Part shown: one piece after another, positions 1-16,395 of the stretch
How positions within the stretch are numbered: the stretch's first letter is position 1
How the letters are laid out: each line of letters opens with the position of its first letter
Source: Zygnema circumcarinatum SAG 698-1b
Lineage: Eukaryota > Plantae > Zygnematophyceae
NCBI GenBank assembly: GCA_037447605.1
Contig: CM074810.1
Coordinates: forward strand, 3,134,880 to 3,198,879
DNA: 64,000 bases
Direction of reading: 5' to 3'
Position numbers and translations under genes: made by a program
Notes under the pieces: model-generated
Databases searched by the model: none
Told to the model about the DNA's origin: nothing
Seen by the model: only the letters and a program-made list of their open reading frames with translations

Positions 1-173
1 TTTCTTTCTTTCTTTCTCTCTCGCTCTCTCTCTCTTTCTTTCTCTCTCTCTTTCGCTTTCTTGCCCTCTTTCCCTCATATCTCTGTGTATTCACTCTTGG
101 TTTTTGCTGCAAATATAAGGATGGAGAAACCCTAATGTTCTAAATTTGAACTTGATTTTCTTACACTTGGCAG

Positions 174-3255
<3,082 letters not shown>

Positions 3256-5745
3256 GGTTGAAGGGGGGTTTAGGGCCTTTGGTGTTGGGCGGAAAGTGGG
3301 TTGGGGATGGATTGTAGATAATAATAATAATAATGGTTATTTGGTTATGTGAGTGTGACCGATTCCGGTTTGTAATAAAGTGATTTGCGTCTCCTGTTCC
3401 CTCTTCTTTCTTGTCCCCAAGTCTCTCTCTTTCTCTTCTTTCTTCTCTCTCTTCTCCCTTCTACCCCTCTCCCCCATCTCCCCACCTGTATCCCCTCCCC
3501 TCCCCCCTCCCACCCTCTCCCCCTTCTCCCCCCCTCTCCCGCCCACTTCCCTCTCTTCCCCCCCGTCTCCCCCACCCCTACCTCCCTCCCCCCTCTCCNN
3601 NNNNNNNNCCCTCTCCCTCTCCCTCTCCCTCTCCCTCTCCCCCTCCCCCTCCCCCCACCTCTCATTTCTCTCCGTTTCCCTCTCCCCTGCATAATGGCCT
3701 GGATCCCGTCCCCGTTTTCTGGACCCGCCATCGTTTTCCGACCGTCAGATAGAAAGCCGCCGACTGCCCACGAGACGCCGCGCGGCAACCGTCGGATTCA
3801 GACGCGGTCGCGATGCCGCCGTTGGATTGGATTCCGTACAGCCCCCAGAAAAGACACCGGAATACAAAATTTTCGAGAAGAATATCGGACAATACCGCCC
3901 GATACAATATTGGTTTAACTTTCGATACTTCGTACAATATCAAGATGTTACGATATTATTCCGATATTTGACTTTCCTGAGGACTAAATCCGCCCCTCCA
4001 TTTTGGCGTGGGGGACGGGGCGCCACCTGCCGCCAAGTGGCCGTTGGGTGGCCGTTGACGGTTGGGCCCCGCCGGGAGCTGTGGCCCGAAGCGGCAGTCA
4101 ACGGCCACCGTCGGTTAAGGAAACGACAGCCGCTGCCGTGGCCACGTGTCACAAGGAGAGACCCAAACGGCAGAAATTTAAGGGCTAGTGGTTTTTGGAT
4201 GACTTCGGGGGAGGTGGAACTGGTGGGGGTGGTTTCGTTTTTGGACTTGGTCCGATGTTCAAGTGCAAGGTTCAATTGGTCCGGCTTGATTTTTTACACA
4301 AAAAGACAAAATATTTAAGGATGTAAATGATACGTAATGATGGCTCGCCAGCTCACGAATGTTACAGATATTGGGATGTACGGTAGGTGTTGATGACGTG
4401 GCATGTCGCGTCAGAGCTTAAAGAGGAAGATGATTTGCCGTACAAGATAGACACTGGGCCTAGCCGTTGTAAAAAACAAGTGCTTTGTACTATTGTGTCG
4501 TATTCCAACGGTCAAGACAGTAGTTTTTAAGGATCTGACTCACAGGTACGACGAAGCGTCTCGTCGCTTCTGCCGATTTTATCGTATCGTATCTCTCTGG
4601 ATACGTGGGAGATCTCGCAGGATCTGCGGGCAGGTAGAAAGTTTTGGCCGCATGCGGTCGAGTTATTGGAGGTCCTTCAGGGCACTAGAACAAATATTTT
4701 TGCACGTGGAAATTTAGACTGTGATTGGCCTACTTTTGTTCAAGCGCGTGGTGACGGCACGTGGCGGCGAGCTAGTGGCCGATCCTTGGGAATTGAGATC
4801 GGTCGTTAAAGGCCTGGGCTTTAATAGGTCGGCGCGAAGGACTGTCAGCCCGGGGGAGTGAGGGCAAATTTATCTTATTATTAAAATTATTACATTTCTT
4901 TCTTGCAATTATTTTATTTAAAAAATAATATGTTCAATTTGAGAATGCGATGTGTGAAGATTTTAATTGAGTTTGAAATTCTACAGGAAGGACAATGGGA
5001 TCGTCAACCATTGACCAACAATTGGCCTGCAATGGTTGAAACCATGGCCAATGGTTGGCTAGGTCGCAAATCGACGGTTCGTAGCCATTCCAATGGTCTA
5101 TCCAACAATTGGTCCGACCTGTGCAGACTTCCACATTTTGAAGTCTATACAGAGCCAAAATTGGCAACAAAAATTCTCCCAATCTTAAAATCTTGTAAAT
5201 TTCATCCCTGCCCATGGTCAGATAAATTTTCTATTTTCCCCCAATCCCTCAAAAGGACCTTCTCCCCGCAGTACGGTCTATTTTGTCAATTTGTACCGCC
5301 CTCCTGACTATCCGTACGCATTCCTTTGTCTCTTCGGACCATTCGTACAGCCCGTCCTCAATTGGCAATCCGTACACTTTGTCCAAATGACCGTACAACC
5401 CCGTCCTTCCCAGTGGACCAATCGCGCCGTTCCACGTCAGCACCGCCACCGACCATTGCAGCCGGTCAAAGATCCTCCCTCCGCCCTCAGATTCGAGAAA
5501 TCTCAGTTATGCCACGTTTCTTTTCCTCATTCGTCAGCACCTCCCTTCCGTAATTTCGGGCGCCGCCCGATGCGGCGCTCCTTCGCGACAAATTTTGCCG
5601 CCCGCCGGTCTTAAAGAGAGACCCCTCCGCCCGCGTCTTGCCCCCCACACCCCCCCCGCTCTCCCTCTCACTCTCCCTATTCCTCCCTCTATCTCCATCC
5701 ATCCATCCATTCTCTCTCTCTCCCTCTCTCCACACGCCCCCCCCC

Positions 5746-8635
5746 ATGGCGGCGGCGCTATCCTGGCTGCTGGCAATGGCGGCGGCGGCCGTCCTCCTCC
5801 TCCCCCCCCCCGCGGCGCGCGCGTGCACGTACGAGAGCGGCGTGGCGTACGGCGGCGGCGCGAGCGACCTCGCCGTGGCGCCCCCCGCGGCGGCGGAGAG
5901 CCGCGAGGCGTGCTGCCTCGCCTGCCGCGCGGCGGCGGGCTGCCTCGCCTTCACGCTGGGGGGGGGGCTCTGCGTGCTCAAGAAGAACGTGGTGGGGCCC
6001 ACGCCCAACGCCTCGGCCACCTCCGGGGTCGCGACAGGTGGGGGAGGGGCTATCTTTCTCTCTCTCTTTCGCTCTCTCGCGCGCTTTCGCTCATTCGCTC
6101 CGTCTCCCTCTAACCCTATATCCCTCCCGGTCTCTCTCCCTCTCCCTCCTGTCCTTTTATCTCTTCTATCTATTCTCTATCAAAGTTGTTCGCTCCCTCT
6201 CTTTCTCCCTCTCTCTTCCTCCCTCTCTGTTTTTCTCTCTCTTGCGCTCTCTCTCTTTCTCCCACTCTCTCTCCCTCCCTCTCTTTTTTTATCTCTCTCT
6301 CTCTCTCTCTCGCTGGCATTGCTTCATGTTCAGTCCTCACATTTCCTGGCAGCTGTCGGCGGGCGGTGAGGGAGAGAGAGAGAGAGAGGAAGGGGTGGGA
6401 AGGAGAGGGCGTTGGCTCTCAAGCCGGGGCCCCAATGTGTAATTGTTTATCTATGCCTTTTTTTTTTTTTTGTAAATTGCCTGCTTGAGGATATGGAGAA
6501 CATATTTTCATGCAGCATTCGTTTTTGGGCAGCTCTTGCTGTTTTGGAGGGGTACTTTTCATTGCTGCCCTGTCGAAACAATCTCAAACAATCTCTTCCT
6601 TCCGAATTCTCGACAAGGAGGCAGCCTTCGGAAGTTTTGTTTCGGGGCAGTTTTGTGGAAATTCATGCTGGGACTTCCCGGGCTGCTCTCCCGGGCAGGG
6701 AAACAAATGTTTTCCTTGAACTTTTTTTAGCGGCCGCCACGTGGCAGCAGTCGCGCCCTCCCGTCAGCGCCCGGCTCTTGACCGACAGAAAAATGTGGTA
6801 CGGCCATTTCGGGCGCAAAACGACAATTTGTAAACGGACAAAACGAAACTGTCGTTTTGTAGCCTCTCCAACTGCCGCACTTTTAAACGTTTAGGTCGCG
6901 GTTGGGATATAGGACAAAAAACAATAATTGAAATTCCATGTCAGCGTGACGTCACTCAACTGATGTCGATGCCGTACATGGTTTTGTCGTTTAGTGGGAA
7001 AGTGTCCCACAGCCTTTGAAAGAACTGTACAGGTGTCGAGTTCTGATTTGGTCAAGCTGATGACGTGTAACCTGGCCATCCTTGATAAAGTCACACCCCT
7101 TGCTTGATAAAGTCATCACCTCGTCCATCGCTGAATTGTCGTCTACTTAAAGCGGTTAAGCTGTTGGGCCGAGGGCAGAGGGAGGGCGTGACTGAGTGTC
7201 ACACGGGGTAGTGTTGGATGGCGTGAGGGGGCCCGTGTTGAACACGAACATGGGGAACATGGGCCGCGACATGAAACATTGTACCATGTCGGTGGGGAAA
7301 CATGGGCCCATGGCCACATAGGGTATATGGAGATATGCGTGCATGGGACATGGGGGTATTAGTGGGCATGGCGACATGTAGGAGTGTTCAAATAGGAAAG
7401 TGGAACATGGGGGGGGATGCGGCATGGTACCAGGAAGACTAATAGAAACAACATGGGGACCTAGGGAGTTGACAACATTAAGATATGGAAGCATGAGAGT
7501 ATGAAGCCATGAGGGAGAGGAAGAAAGAGAGTGAGAGAGAGGGAGAGGGAGAGGGAGAGGGTAGCCATCTTATAATGTGAGCATGTGTCCATGGCGGACA
7601 TGGTACAGGGGTGTGCACGCCGGACGTGGGGTACGAGTACCCGCTCTTCGACATTTCGACCATTCCGGGGATCGCTAACCCACAGATGTGCTGCTACTGG
7701 TGTAGCGCCACCATCAAGTGCGTGGCCTTCAGCTTCTTCAAGAGCGGGCCCAACAGCGGCCAATGCCGCCTCAAGTACGCGTTAAACAACGCCGTGGCGA
7801 GCCCCAACGTCGTGGCGGGAACCCGTAAGCGCACACTTCTCACCCTTGCGGTTGCGGGCACATGCAGGCACATGCAGGCACATGCAGGCACATGCAGGCA
7901 CATGCAGGCACATGCATGCATGCATGTACGTGCATTTAGGGCAAAAGGTCTGAAGCTGCTGAGGGGCATGGCTGCCATGGATGGGCACATTGCAGGCTCC
8001 GGAACGACTTGTACATATGAAGAGGGCTTTGATATCCGCGGGTTTAATCTGCAAACTTTAACAAACATCGCCACCAAGCAGGCTTGCTGCACCCTATGCT
8101 CCCAAAACTCCAAATGTTTTGCTTTCACATACACCTACAGTGGGGCGCAAGCGAAGACCTGCATACTCAAGACTTCGAGGGTGAACAGAATACCCAATGC
8201 AGATGTCATATCTGCTAGCAGCACAGGTATCTCCTTAAGGACCTCCTCTCATTTCTCCTATTTTGTTGAATGCTGGGGAGGTCGATCCAATCAGTTGATT
8301 GAGTTAAACTGTTTCCTTCCCCTAACCTGTCTTCTGCTGTTGAAATGTCTGCATCAGTTCTCTAACAAAGTGAAATTTTGTGTCGACCTCTATTTTATTC
8401 GTGCAGGTTCTCCGTGCGTGGCGCCCCCAGCTACCAGTGAGTGATGCTCGGCTATGCAGCATGCATGCGTTTCTGTGTATGCGTGCACGGGTGTATGGTG
8501 GCATGCATGGGATGGGATGCATGGAAGCCCTTCTGCAGCTACGCTTACTTCTTCTCCCATCTGAGCCTGCAGGCACTGCTGCTCCTCCTCCACAGCGACC
8601 TCCTCCAAAGCGCCCTCCGCCAATCCGCAGGCTTT
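5746..8635 (+). CDS. Secreted protein with three PAN/Apple-like domains and a Pro-rich tail; exons ~5746-6037, 7609-7824, 7996-8226, 8407-8436, 8573-8635 (3' end not resolved)
   Basis: Hydrophobic signal peptide MAAALSWLLAMAAAAVLLL, then three modules C-x(~20)-CC..C....C.AFT/S...C.LK. All junctions are AG/GT in phase 1. Confidence 0.8.
7856..7925. repeat. (CACATGCAGG)n decamer tandem repeat in an intron
   Basis: About five to six direct copies read directly. Confidence 0.9.
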
Positions 8636-9933
8636 GTAAGAAACTACTCCTGATGGCGCGCAGAAACGTAACAGCTTGAATTCTCTGGAAATCCCTCACA
8701 TAACGTTGCTATTGGTTTTAGGGTCGGTAAGCGAAAAGGAGGCGTGTAAGGTCGCAGTGGCCGAGGGAGGAGTGCGTCAAACAGTTGAAGTCTACGCACT
8801 GCAATGCTCGCCTTTTGGTGTTAACTTGAAGTTTTTACGGTGGGGAATGGCTGGCAGGATGTTGCAATGCTGCTGCGAAGAGATGAGGCCTTGGAGGAAC
8901 CCTGGCCCTAAACAATGACACGAAGGCGAAAAAATCGTCGTTGAAGTAATATGAAGTAGGGAAGCACAGCCGTCCAGCAGCTTGAAGGAGAAGCAGGAGG
9001 GAGAGATGAGAGGAGACGAAAGGAGAGGAGGACACGGAAGTAGGGGTAGGAAGATAGAGAGGCCATGGCGCCATAGCTAAGGAAACACATAATGCGGCGG
9101 CTGGGCTTCCTCAACACGTGTGAAGGAAAGCCTCAAATGGCTGCTTCTCGAGCTGCAACTCTAACGACTCTGCAAGCGGATGCTGCCCCCTTTTTTCGCT
9201 CACAGTTTGTACCAAAGGTGCCGTTAAGAGGAGCTGTTTTTCAAGCAGAAGGCACAACCCTAATCCTGACCCTAACCCTAGCTCTAACCTTTACCTTAAA
9301 AGCTTCAGATAGAGCAAGAGATAGTGCAGGAGGGTTCCCTTTTTTAGTTCGTTTTTGGCCTTTTTAGGTTAGAAGTAGGCTTTACATCTCCGCCGAAATG
9401 CAATAAGACGCATAGTTGCTTCTGCATCTGCGGCGCCATTGCTCCATTGCTTGCCTAAAACAAACCGCAAACCCTAATCGCCAAAGCTGCTCGCAAGGAC
9501 CTGCTGTCGACTATGCTGCTTGCTTCAGGCGTCACATGCAACGGATTCTGTGCAGCGAATTTCTGTTGCAGTTACAGTTCCGTGCGCAACAGAGAGGTGT
9601 CACGCTCCCTGTGAACGAGAGCGTGTGTGCATGCATGAGCACCTTCCTACATTGTTACTGCTAACAAACGAAAAAAAACGACTTTTTCTTTGATTTGTTT
9701 ATTTAAGGGCTTCTTATCGAGTTGGAGGAAGGTAATTCTCTGAAAAATTGGCATTTTTTCATGTTATGTCTTTGGATTTTGTGGTACAATGTCAGAAATC
9801 TGCATGGTTTAACATATCACGGTGGCAGCAGACGATTGGTACCTTTCAATCTCATAGAAGAGGGAGCGAATTGGCTTGGTCTCACGATGGCGAGGCGATG
9901 AAATGTGCATGCACATAGACAGCATGTTGAACC

Positions 9934-10376
9934 CTTTTTTCGTCGGATGTACGGATGTTGATTTGAATGTACGAAGCGCGCGCAACACGTGGAGCGACAT
10001 GATTGGTCGCGGCAACATATGACGTGACAAGTATGTTTGGGACCGTGACGTGACGAAACGAGACGCGACAAAAGTGGAGTCCGCGGACGGCAGTCGGAAA
10101 TGGCGGGAATTGAAACTGACAGAAAAAGATAGGGCACATAACGTAGCGTGTTTCAGGAAAAATCTGTCAGTTTTAATTCCCGCCATTTCCGACTGCTCAT
10201 CCGCGGACTCCGCTTTTGTCGCGTCTCGGTTCGTCACGTCACGGTCCCAAACATACTTGTCCATGTCATATGTTGCCGCGACCAATCATATCGCTCCACG
10301 TGTTGCGCCCTTATACCTTGTAGACGCGCGCGCTTCGTACATTCAAATCACCATCCGTACATCCGACGAAAAAAAG
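9934..10376. mobile_element. Foldback-type long inverted repeat (arms ~9934-10123 and ~10163-10376, ~40-bp spacer)
   Basis: The arms are near-perfect reverse complements; the right arm carries a ~20-bp insertion. Spacer plus one arm recur at ~33415-33680. Confidence 0.85.
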
Positions 10377-10388
10377 TCTGTATCTATA

Positions 10389-10873
10389 CAGTCTAATCAC
10401 GTTATAGTGGCTGTGTCGGTCCCCACACATTTGTGTCACTATATCGGTAATGACCCATTTGTCACTTTATATATATAGTGACGATGTTTTTACATATGTT
10501 TTTGCGGTATATCCGTACGACTTTTATACCGTACATTGTACTTTTTGGGCAGTCGTCACGTGGGTAGGTGTGTACGAACCCTAGCGAGTATGTGTACGGA
10601 CAAGTTGATATGTACGGTCAAGTCGATATCTGACGATATTAGTCGATAATGTGTACGGTCGTAATATATTTGTAACGCATATTCCAATACGAGGGTGGAT
10701 AATATCGACATTTTGAATATATAGTAACAATCAGGGTTTTTCAACGTCATTATATCCGTAATGGCGTCACTACTGGCGCAGGATCTGCAGTGGTGCAATT
10801 CCGTTCCCAGAAAAAAAGTCAGTATATCAATGCTGTTCTTATAAACAGTGTCACTATTAACATGATTAGACTG
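10389..10873. mobile_element. Tc1/mariner (Stowaway-like) MITE, ~485 bp, inserted at TA
   Basis: TIRs CAGTCTAATCAcGTT-ATAGTG / CACTATTAACATGATTAGACTG flanked by TA. The empty site TGTATCTATTCTGAAAAG is present in the paralogous repeat at ~33681-33698. Confidence 0.88.
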
Positions 10874-11059
10874 TATTCTGAAAAGTATGAAACAGCATTT
10901 TTCGCAAAAAAAATCCTTTGTACAAGCTGCCCGGCGAAAAAGTACACTACATTCAGAACAAGGACACTGTAAATAGCATTTTCCCTTTTTTTTGACGTGG
11001 CAAACTATGATTGGTTCAGACTCGCAACGCGGTATTATGACTTTCCTCGAAGATTTGAC

Positions 11060-13560
11060 CGTACGAAATATGTACGGACCCTTGAGCCGGATTGAGTGGG
11101 ACACGTGGGCGTGTGCCATTCGCTGGGACAGAGCCCGGCTGCTGATCGAACGGTGATCTGCCGTGGTGCGAACTGCGCGAGCATCGACGGCGAAGATTCA
11201 TTGCTCGTGTGAAGGACGGCCACCCGAAAACGATCTCGTGGTGGACGGATCTTCCGCTCTGAGCGGATTCGGGCAGGCCGATATTTTTTTCTCGTAAAAA
11301 TATAATAAGAGGTAAAATCTGCCCGACGGAAAAAGGTGTGTATCGATTCAAAACGGTGTGAAAAAGCCATTTTCCTTATTAATCCTTTTTTGTCTATTTT
11401 GAAGGAAAATTCTATTTTCACACCTTTTTTGTCTACACACAGACCTTGTTCCGTCGGGCAGTTCTATTTTAGAAAAAAAAGGATTAACAACAAAAAATGC
11501 TTTTTCACAACTTTCTGTAATCGATACAAACCTTTTTCCGTCGGGCAGATTTTACCTCTAATTTTTTTTTTGAGAGAAAATAAACCGGCTTGCCCGAATC
11601 CGCTCGGAGCGGAAGATCCGTCCGCCACGAGACGAGATCGTTCGCGGGTGTGCGTCCTTCACACGTGTGGTGAATCTCCACCGCCGACTAACTCCCAGAT
11701 CTCACCACGGCAGATCACCGTTCGATCTGCAGTTGGGCTCAGTCCCAGCGAATGGCACGTGCCCACGTGTCCAATAAAATCCGGCTCAAAGTGGGTCTGT
11801 AGCAAAAGATCTACGGTTACAGCTTCCGAAAGGCGAAATACCGTACTATTAGGGGGTGTCAGACTTAAAAAATTTCAGTACGCGTGTTCGTAAGTTTGAC
11901 ATCAGAACGAGTACTCCAGTATAATCGCGATCCTCCTGCGGCGGAGTACTTTCGTAACCTTTTTTTTCGTAACGCTTTTCGTAAGATTTTGTTAAGTCTG
12001 ACACCCCCTATTAGACCAATTTAAAAATGCCACGTCCTTGATAATAACACGTGGCATATGATGATTGGCTGCTAATATGTCGAGCTTCCACAGGCTGGCC
12101 GGTCCAGCTCATAGGTTTGCGGAGATCTCGGGCTGAGGGACGCGCGCTCTAGCACGGGCCAGTCGGCATTGGCGGGACACGTGGGCACGTGCCATTCGCT
12201 GGGACCGAGCCCGTCTGCCGATCGAACGGTGATCTGCCGTGGTGCGATCTGGGAGTTAGTCGACGGCGGAGATTCCTCACACGTGTGAAGGACGCACACC
12301 CACGAACGATCTCGTGACGGACGGATCTTCCGCTCCGAGAGGATTCGGGCAAGCCGGTTTATTTTTGGGTAGTGATATTTCCACCCCTTTTTTGGATCCA
12401 AACACCCCTTCCCGGCCGGGCAGGTTTCAAAAAGGATTAAAAACGGAAAATGCTTTTTTCACACCTTTTTGGAATCGATACCACCCTCCATCGGCAGATT
12501 TTATTTCTGCGAAACAAGGAAAATGATAACCCGTCACCCAATTTGAATATCCCGCCTACCTGATTTTTTTTTTCACGCGTGCGGTCAATCGCAGCCGTCG
12601 ATTCCCTCGCAGATCGCCACACGGCAGATCACTATTTGATCTGCAGCCGGGCTCGGTCACAGCGCATGGCACGGGCCCACGTATCCCGCCAAAGTCGCCT
12701 CAAAAAATGTCCGTACAAATATCGTACGGTCGCAACTTGAGGAACCCAAAATTTCGTACATTAAGATCTTAAACCAATCAAAATTTTCCACGTCAAAATG
12801 TAACACGTGGAAGATGTTGATTGGCTGGGAGGTAACAATGACGAGATCTCGGGCCGAGGGACGCGCGCACTCGCACGTGCGGTTTGGCTTTGACGGGACT
12901 CGTGGGCGCTTTCCATTCGCTAAGATCGAGCCCGGCTGCAGATCGAACGGTGATCTGCAGTGGTGCGATCTGCGAGGGAAATCGACAGATGCGATTGACA
13001 CACACGTGTGAAGGACGGACACCCGCGTACGATCTCGTGGGGGACGGATCTTCCGCTCCGAGCGGATTCGGGCAGGCAGATATTTCTTTCCCTCAAAAAA
13101 AAATTTCAGGGAGGCGGGATACAGTATTCCAAAATGCGGTGACGGGGTATCATTTTCCTTGGTTAGCAAATAAAATCAGCCGACGGAAGAAGGTGGGTAT
13201 CGATTCCAAAAAGGTGTGAAAAAAGCATTTTCTGTTTTTAATCCCTTTTGAAATCTGCCCGGCCGGGAAGGGGTGTTTGGATCCAAAAAAGGGGTGGAAA
13301 TATCACTACCCTTATTTTTCTCTCCAAAATAAAAACTAGGGGTAAAATCTGCCCGACGGAAAAAGGTTTGTATCGATTCCAGAAAGGTGTGAAAAAAGCA
13401 TTTTTCGTTGTTAATCCTTTTTTTCTAAAATGGAACCTGCCCGGTGAAAAAAAGTCTGTGTGTAGACAAAAAAGCTGTGAGAATTGAATTTTCCATTTTA
13501 ATATCTGCCCGGCGAGAAAAGGTCTATGTGTAGACAAAAAAGGTGTGAGAATAAGAATTT
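11060..13560. repeat. Modular nested palindromic repeat array (foldback-like)
   Basis: A ~220-bp module (GTGCCATTCGCTGGGAC..GATCGAACGGTGATCTGC..GGATCTTCCGCTC.GAGCGGATTCGGGCA) occurs at ~11085(+), ~11580(-), ~12170(+), ~12600(- partial) and ~12890(+). It alternates with AAATCTGCCCGACGG..ATCGATTCCAAAAAGGTGTGAAAAAAGC sub-repeats in both orientations. Confidence 0.85.
11851..12009. mobile_element. Small MITE with AGGGGGTGTCAGACTTAA TIRs
   Basis: Perfect 18-bp TIRs. The flanks read as an ATT/ATT 3-bp TSD, or as TA/TA if the terminal A/T is excluded. Same family as 51074-51152. Confidence 0.88.
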
Positions 13561-13941
13561 TCCGGACCGTACTCTATTGTATCCCTTACAGTACAGTACA
13601 GTACAGTACAGTACTGTACAATGTCCGTACGTATTCGTACGAAGTGGTTTGTAGTCATCGGAATGGCCAGCGTTGACCACAGCACTTGCCTCGAAGCTTC
13701 CTCGAAAGACCCCTTACCGGCCACTCGCCAGCCGGCACAATTTCGGCGTCGTCGCTGGCGACTTTTAAGTCGCACAAAAACTCTGCGACGTCTTTTGGCC
13801 AATCGAATTCTCCAAAATCATCGCATGGAGTCGCCGATGAACGCGGTTTCTCCGAGACTGGCGACTTTTTGCCGGCCGGCAAGATGGACCCACGGCAGCT
13901 TTTAGTACATGCGAGGTTATCGAGAAAGAGAGTGGGAGTGA

Positions 13942-13973
<32 letters not shown>

Positions 13974-13980
13974 AAACGTC

Positions 13981-15417
13981 ATGGAGAAGCGCGAGAATTC
14001 GGAAGCCATGGCCCTGTTAGATTCGGAGGACAAGAAGCTCTTTGTGGGAGAGATGGAGCCGCGCGAGAAGGGAGGGAAGGGAGAGATGGGAGAGGTGGAG
14101 GAGAGGGGAGCGCTGACTGCAGCGCGCGTTCCATGGCAGACGGGGCTGTTCGACTGCTGCTCCATGACGGCATCTCCGTGGCAGTCCACGGACTGGGAGA
14201 TATGTGAGTTCTCCCGCCCGCCCTCCCTTTCCTCCCTCCTCCTGTTATCCCATCTCTGTTCATCTCTCTCTCTCTCTCTCTCTCCTTCCCTTTCCTTCTC
14301 TAATTCCCTTTCCCCCCTCTCCCTTTCCACGTCATCCCCATCGTCTCCACCCTCTTCTTGTTCTTCCGCCTTTTTCGCTTCGCTGTCTCCCTCCCTCCAC
14401 CCTCTGCCCTTGGCTGGCTTCGCCATGTCCTTCCTCCCCTCTCCCTCTCTCCTTTCCCAATTCCCTCCCTCCCTCCCTCCCTCCGTCCCTCCTTCCCTCT
14501 AATCCTCTCACTTTCCTCCCGCAGGCGCCGTCGGCATGTTTGCCCCTTGCGTGCTGTACGGCAGCAACAGGGAGCGTCTGGGCTCTGCGGAAAACCAGTT
14601 TTCCCAGGACTGCCTGCTGTACTTTGTCCTTAGCCTGATCGGAAGGATTATCTTCAAGTGCAATGTGTTCGCCCCCTTTCTTTCCTACCCCACCCGCGCG
14701 GAAATTCGCCGCAAGTACAGCCTGCAGGTGGGTTTTGAAAGATGGGATTCCGATATTTTGGGGATGAGTTTGAGAGAGTTTGCAGGTGGGTCTTGAAAGG
14801 TGGGATTAGGGTTGTTTTGGGGTGAGTTTGAGGGAGCCTGCAGGTGGGACTTGCAAAGTGGCATTTGGAGCTTGTTGGGATGGTTTTGTGGGAGATGGTC
14901 TTTTCGGATATGTGCGTTTGTTGGGGAAGTGGAAATTGGGCTTTTCTGTAGACTTTGGGTTCCTGGGGTGATTGGTTCGTTTGTGGAATTGGATTGAAAC
15001 TGAGAGTTCAGAGTAGCGCACGAAGGAAATAGATGGACAGAGTTTGATATCGAAAGATTGAATGGTCCTCCTCTCCTTGAAGGAGAGACGAAGAGTCCCG
15101 TTGAAAGTTAGAAGGGAAGAGAGAGAGAGAGAGAGAATCCCAATGCTGATGTGTTTGTATCTACTTTCCCTCTGCAGGGTAATGCGGAGCTTTGCCTCGG
15201 AATGGTGGGAGGGTGCTGCGGAGTGAAGGTGGACCCTCCCTCCGAGTCCTCCGAAGCCTTCTGCGACTGTTGCCTTCACTTCTTCTGCCACAATTGCGTG
15301 CTCTGTCAGGAGGCACGGGAGCTTCGCCGCAGAACTGGGACCCTTCCCGGGCCGGCAGCCATGGCTGCCTTGCAGGGCGTGCAGGTCATGGCTCCCGCGG
15401 AGCAGGCTATGGCGTAG
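13981..15417 (+). CDS. PLAC8 / Cell Number Regulator (FW2.2-like) Cys-rich protein; exons 13981-14203, 14525-14727, 15178-15417
   Basis: Motifs WQTGLFDCC, FAPCVLYGSNRERL, RAEIRRKYSLQG and DCCLHFFCHNCVLCQEAREL; canonical in-phase splice sites. Confidence 0.92.
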
Positions 15418-16395
15418 GGGAGAGAGAGAGAGGGAGTGTGGGAAGGGAGAGGGGAGGGGAGGGAAGGCGGAGAGGTCATGGCTCCCGCGGAGCAGGCTAT
15501 GGCGTAAGGGAGAGAGAGAGAGGGAGAGTGGGAAGGGAGAGGAGGGCGAGGGAAGGAGGGAAGGAGGGAGGGTGTGCTATTAGGGAGGGAGAGAAGGGGA
15601 AGGGAGGGGCGGAGAGGTAGGATTTAACATGATGGGAGTGAGAGTGTGTGTGTGTGTGCATGTTTGAAGGAGCGAATGTTTTATTTTCGGAAAGGAGTAT
15701 GGAAGATTGGAGGAGTGGAGAGGGAGGGGGAGGAGAGAGAGGGAGGAGGAGAAGGAGGGAGGGGAGGGCTATGTACTATAGTAAGGTGCTTGCGAAAACT
15801 CAGCCTTGTGTGATGCTGACAAGGATCTGTATGAAGAGTTCGTTGGTGTTTTATTTTCTCTCTGTTTTTTAGAAGTACTGAAGGAGGTGGTGGACCAAAT
15901 CACTTCCAGCTTTATTCTATTGTATGCTGTACGGACGAGGGGTGAAGCAGGACAATCGTTGCTTATCTATTCGAATAGTTTTACTGTTTGAGAATGAAAG
16001 TGGATGAGAGTGTTGGTTTCTCTAAAACTAAAAAATGTTGAGTGTTGTTTTATTTTTTGATCCATGCGTGTTCATCTCAGTTTCTGAGATGTGTAGAGTT
16101 GGGATTTCAACCGATCTGAAGCCAATCAGGCATTGCCACGTGTGTGCACACGTGGCGTGCTGCCATTGGTGTGATTCTCCCAATCTCAATGGAGTTTTGG
16201 TCTAAGAAGCGTTTGGCATCCATCGTCCACCTCGACAAATAAATATAATCAAGCGAAAACTTATTTGAATTTGCAGTTTGACGTTGTCAAAGCACGTGCA
16301 TTTCGGCCAAACTGGGAATACTATTTGCCATACTATTTATCGAACCACAGAAGTTGAACACCCACACTTAAGCAGGCACATTATGAGAGTCCTCA

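Noticed and set aside
3700-5600. Possible DNA-transposon remnants upstream of the PAN gene (also 50270-50710 and 58110-58800)
   Set aside because: Repeat-like words are present, but I could not define paired TIRs or TSDs.
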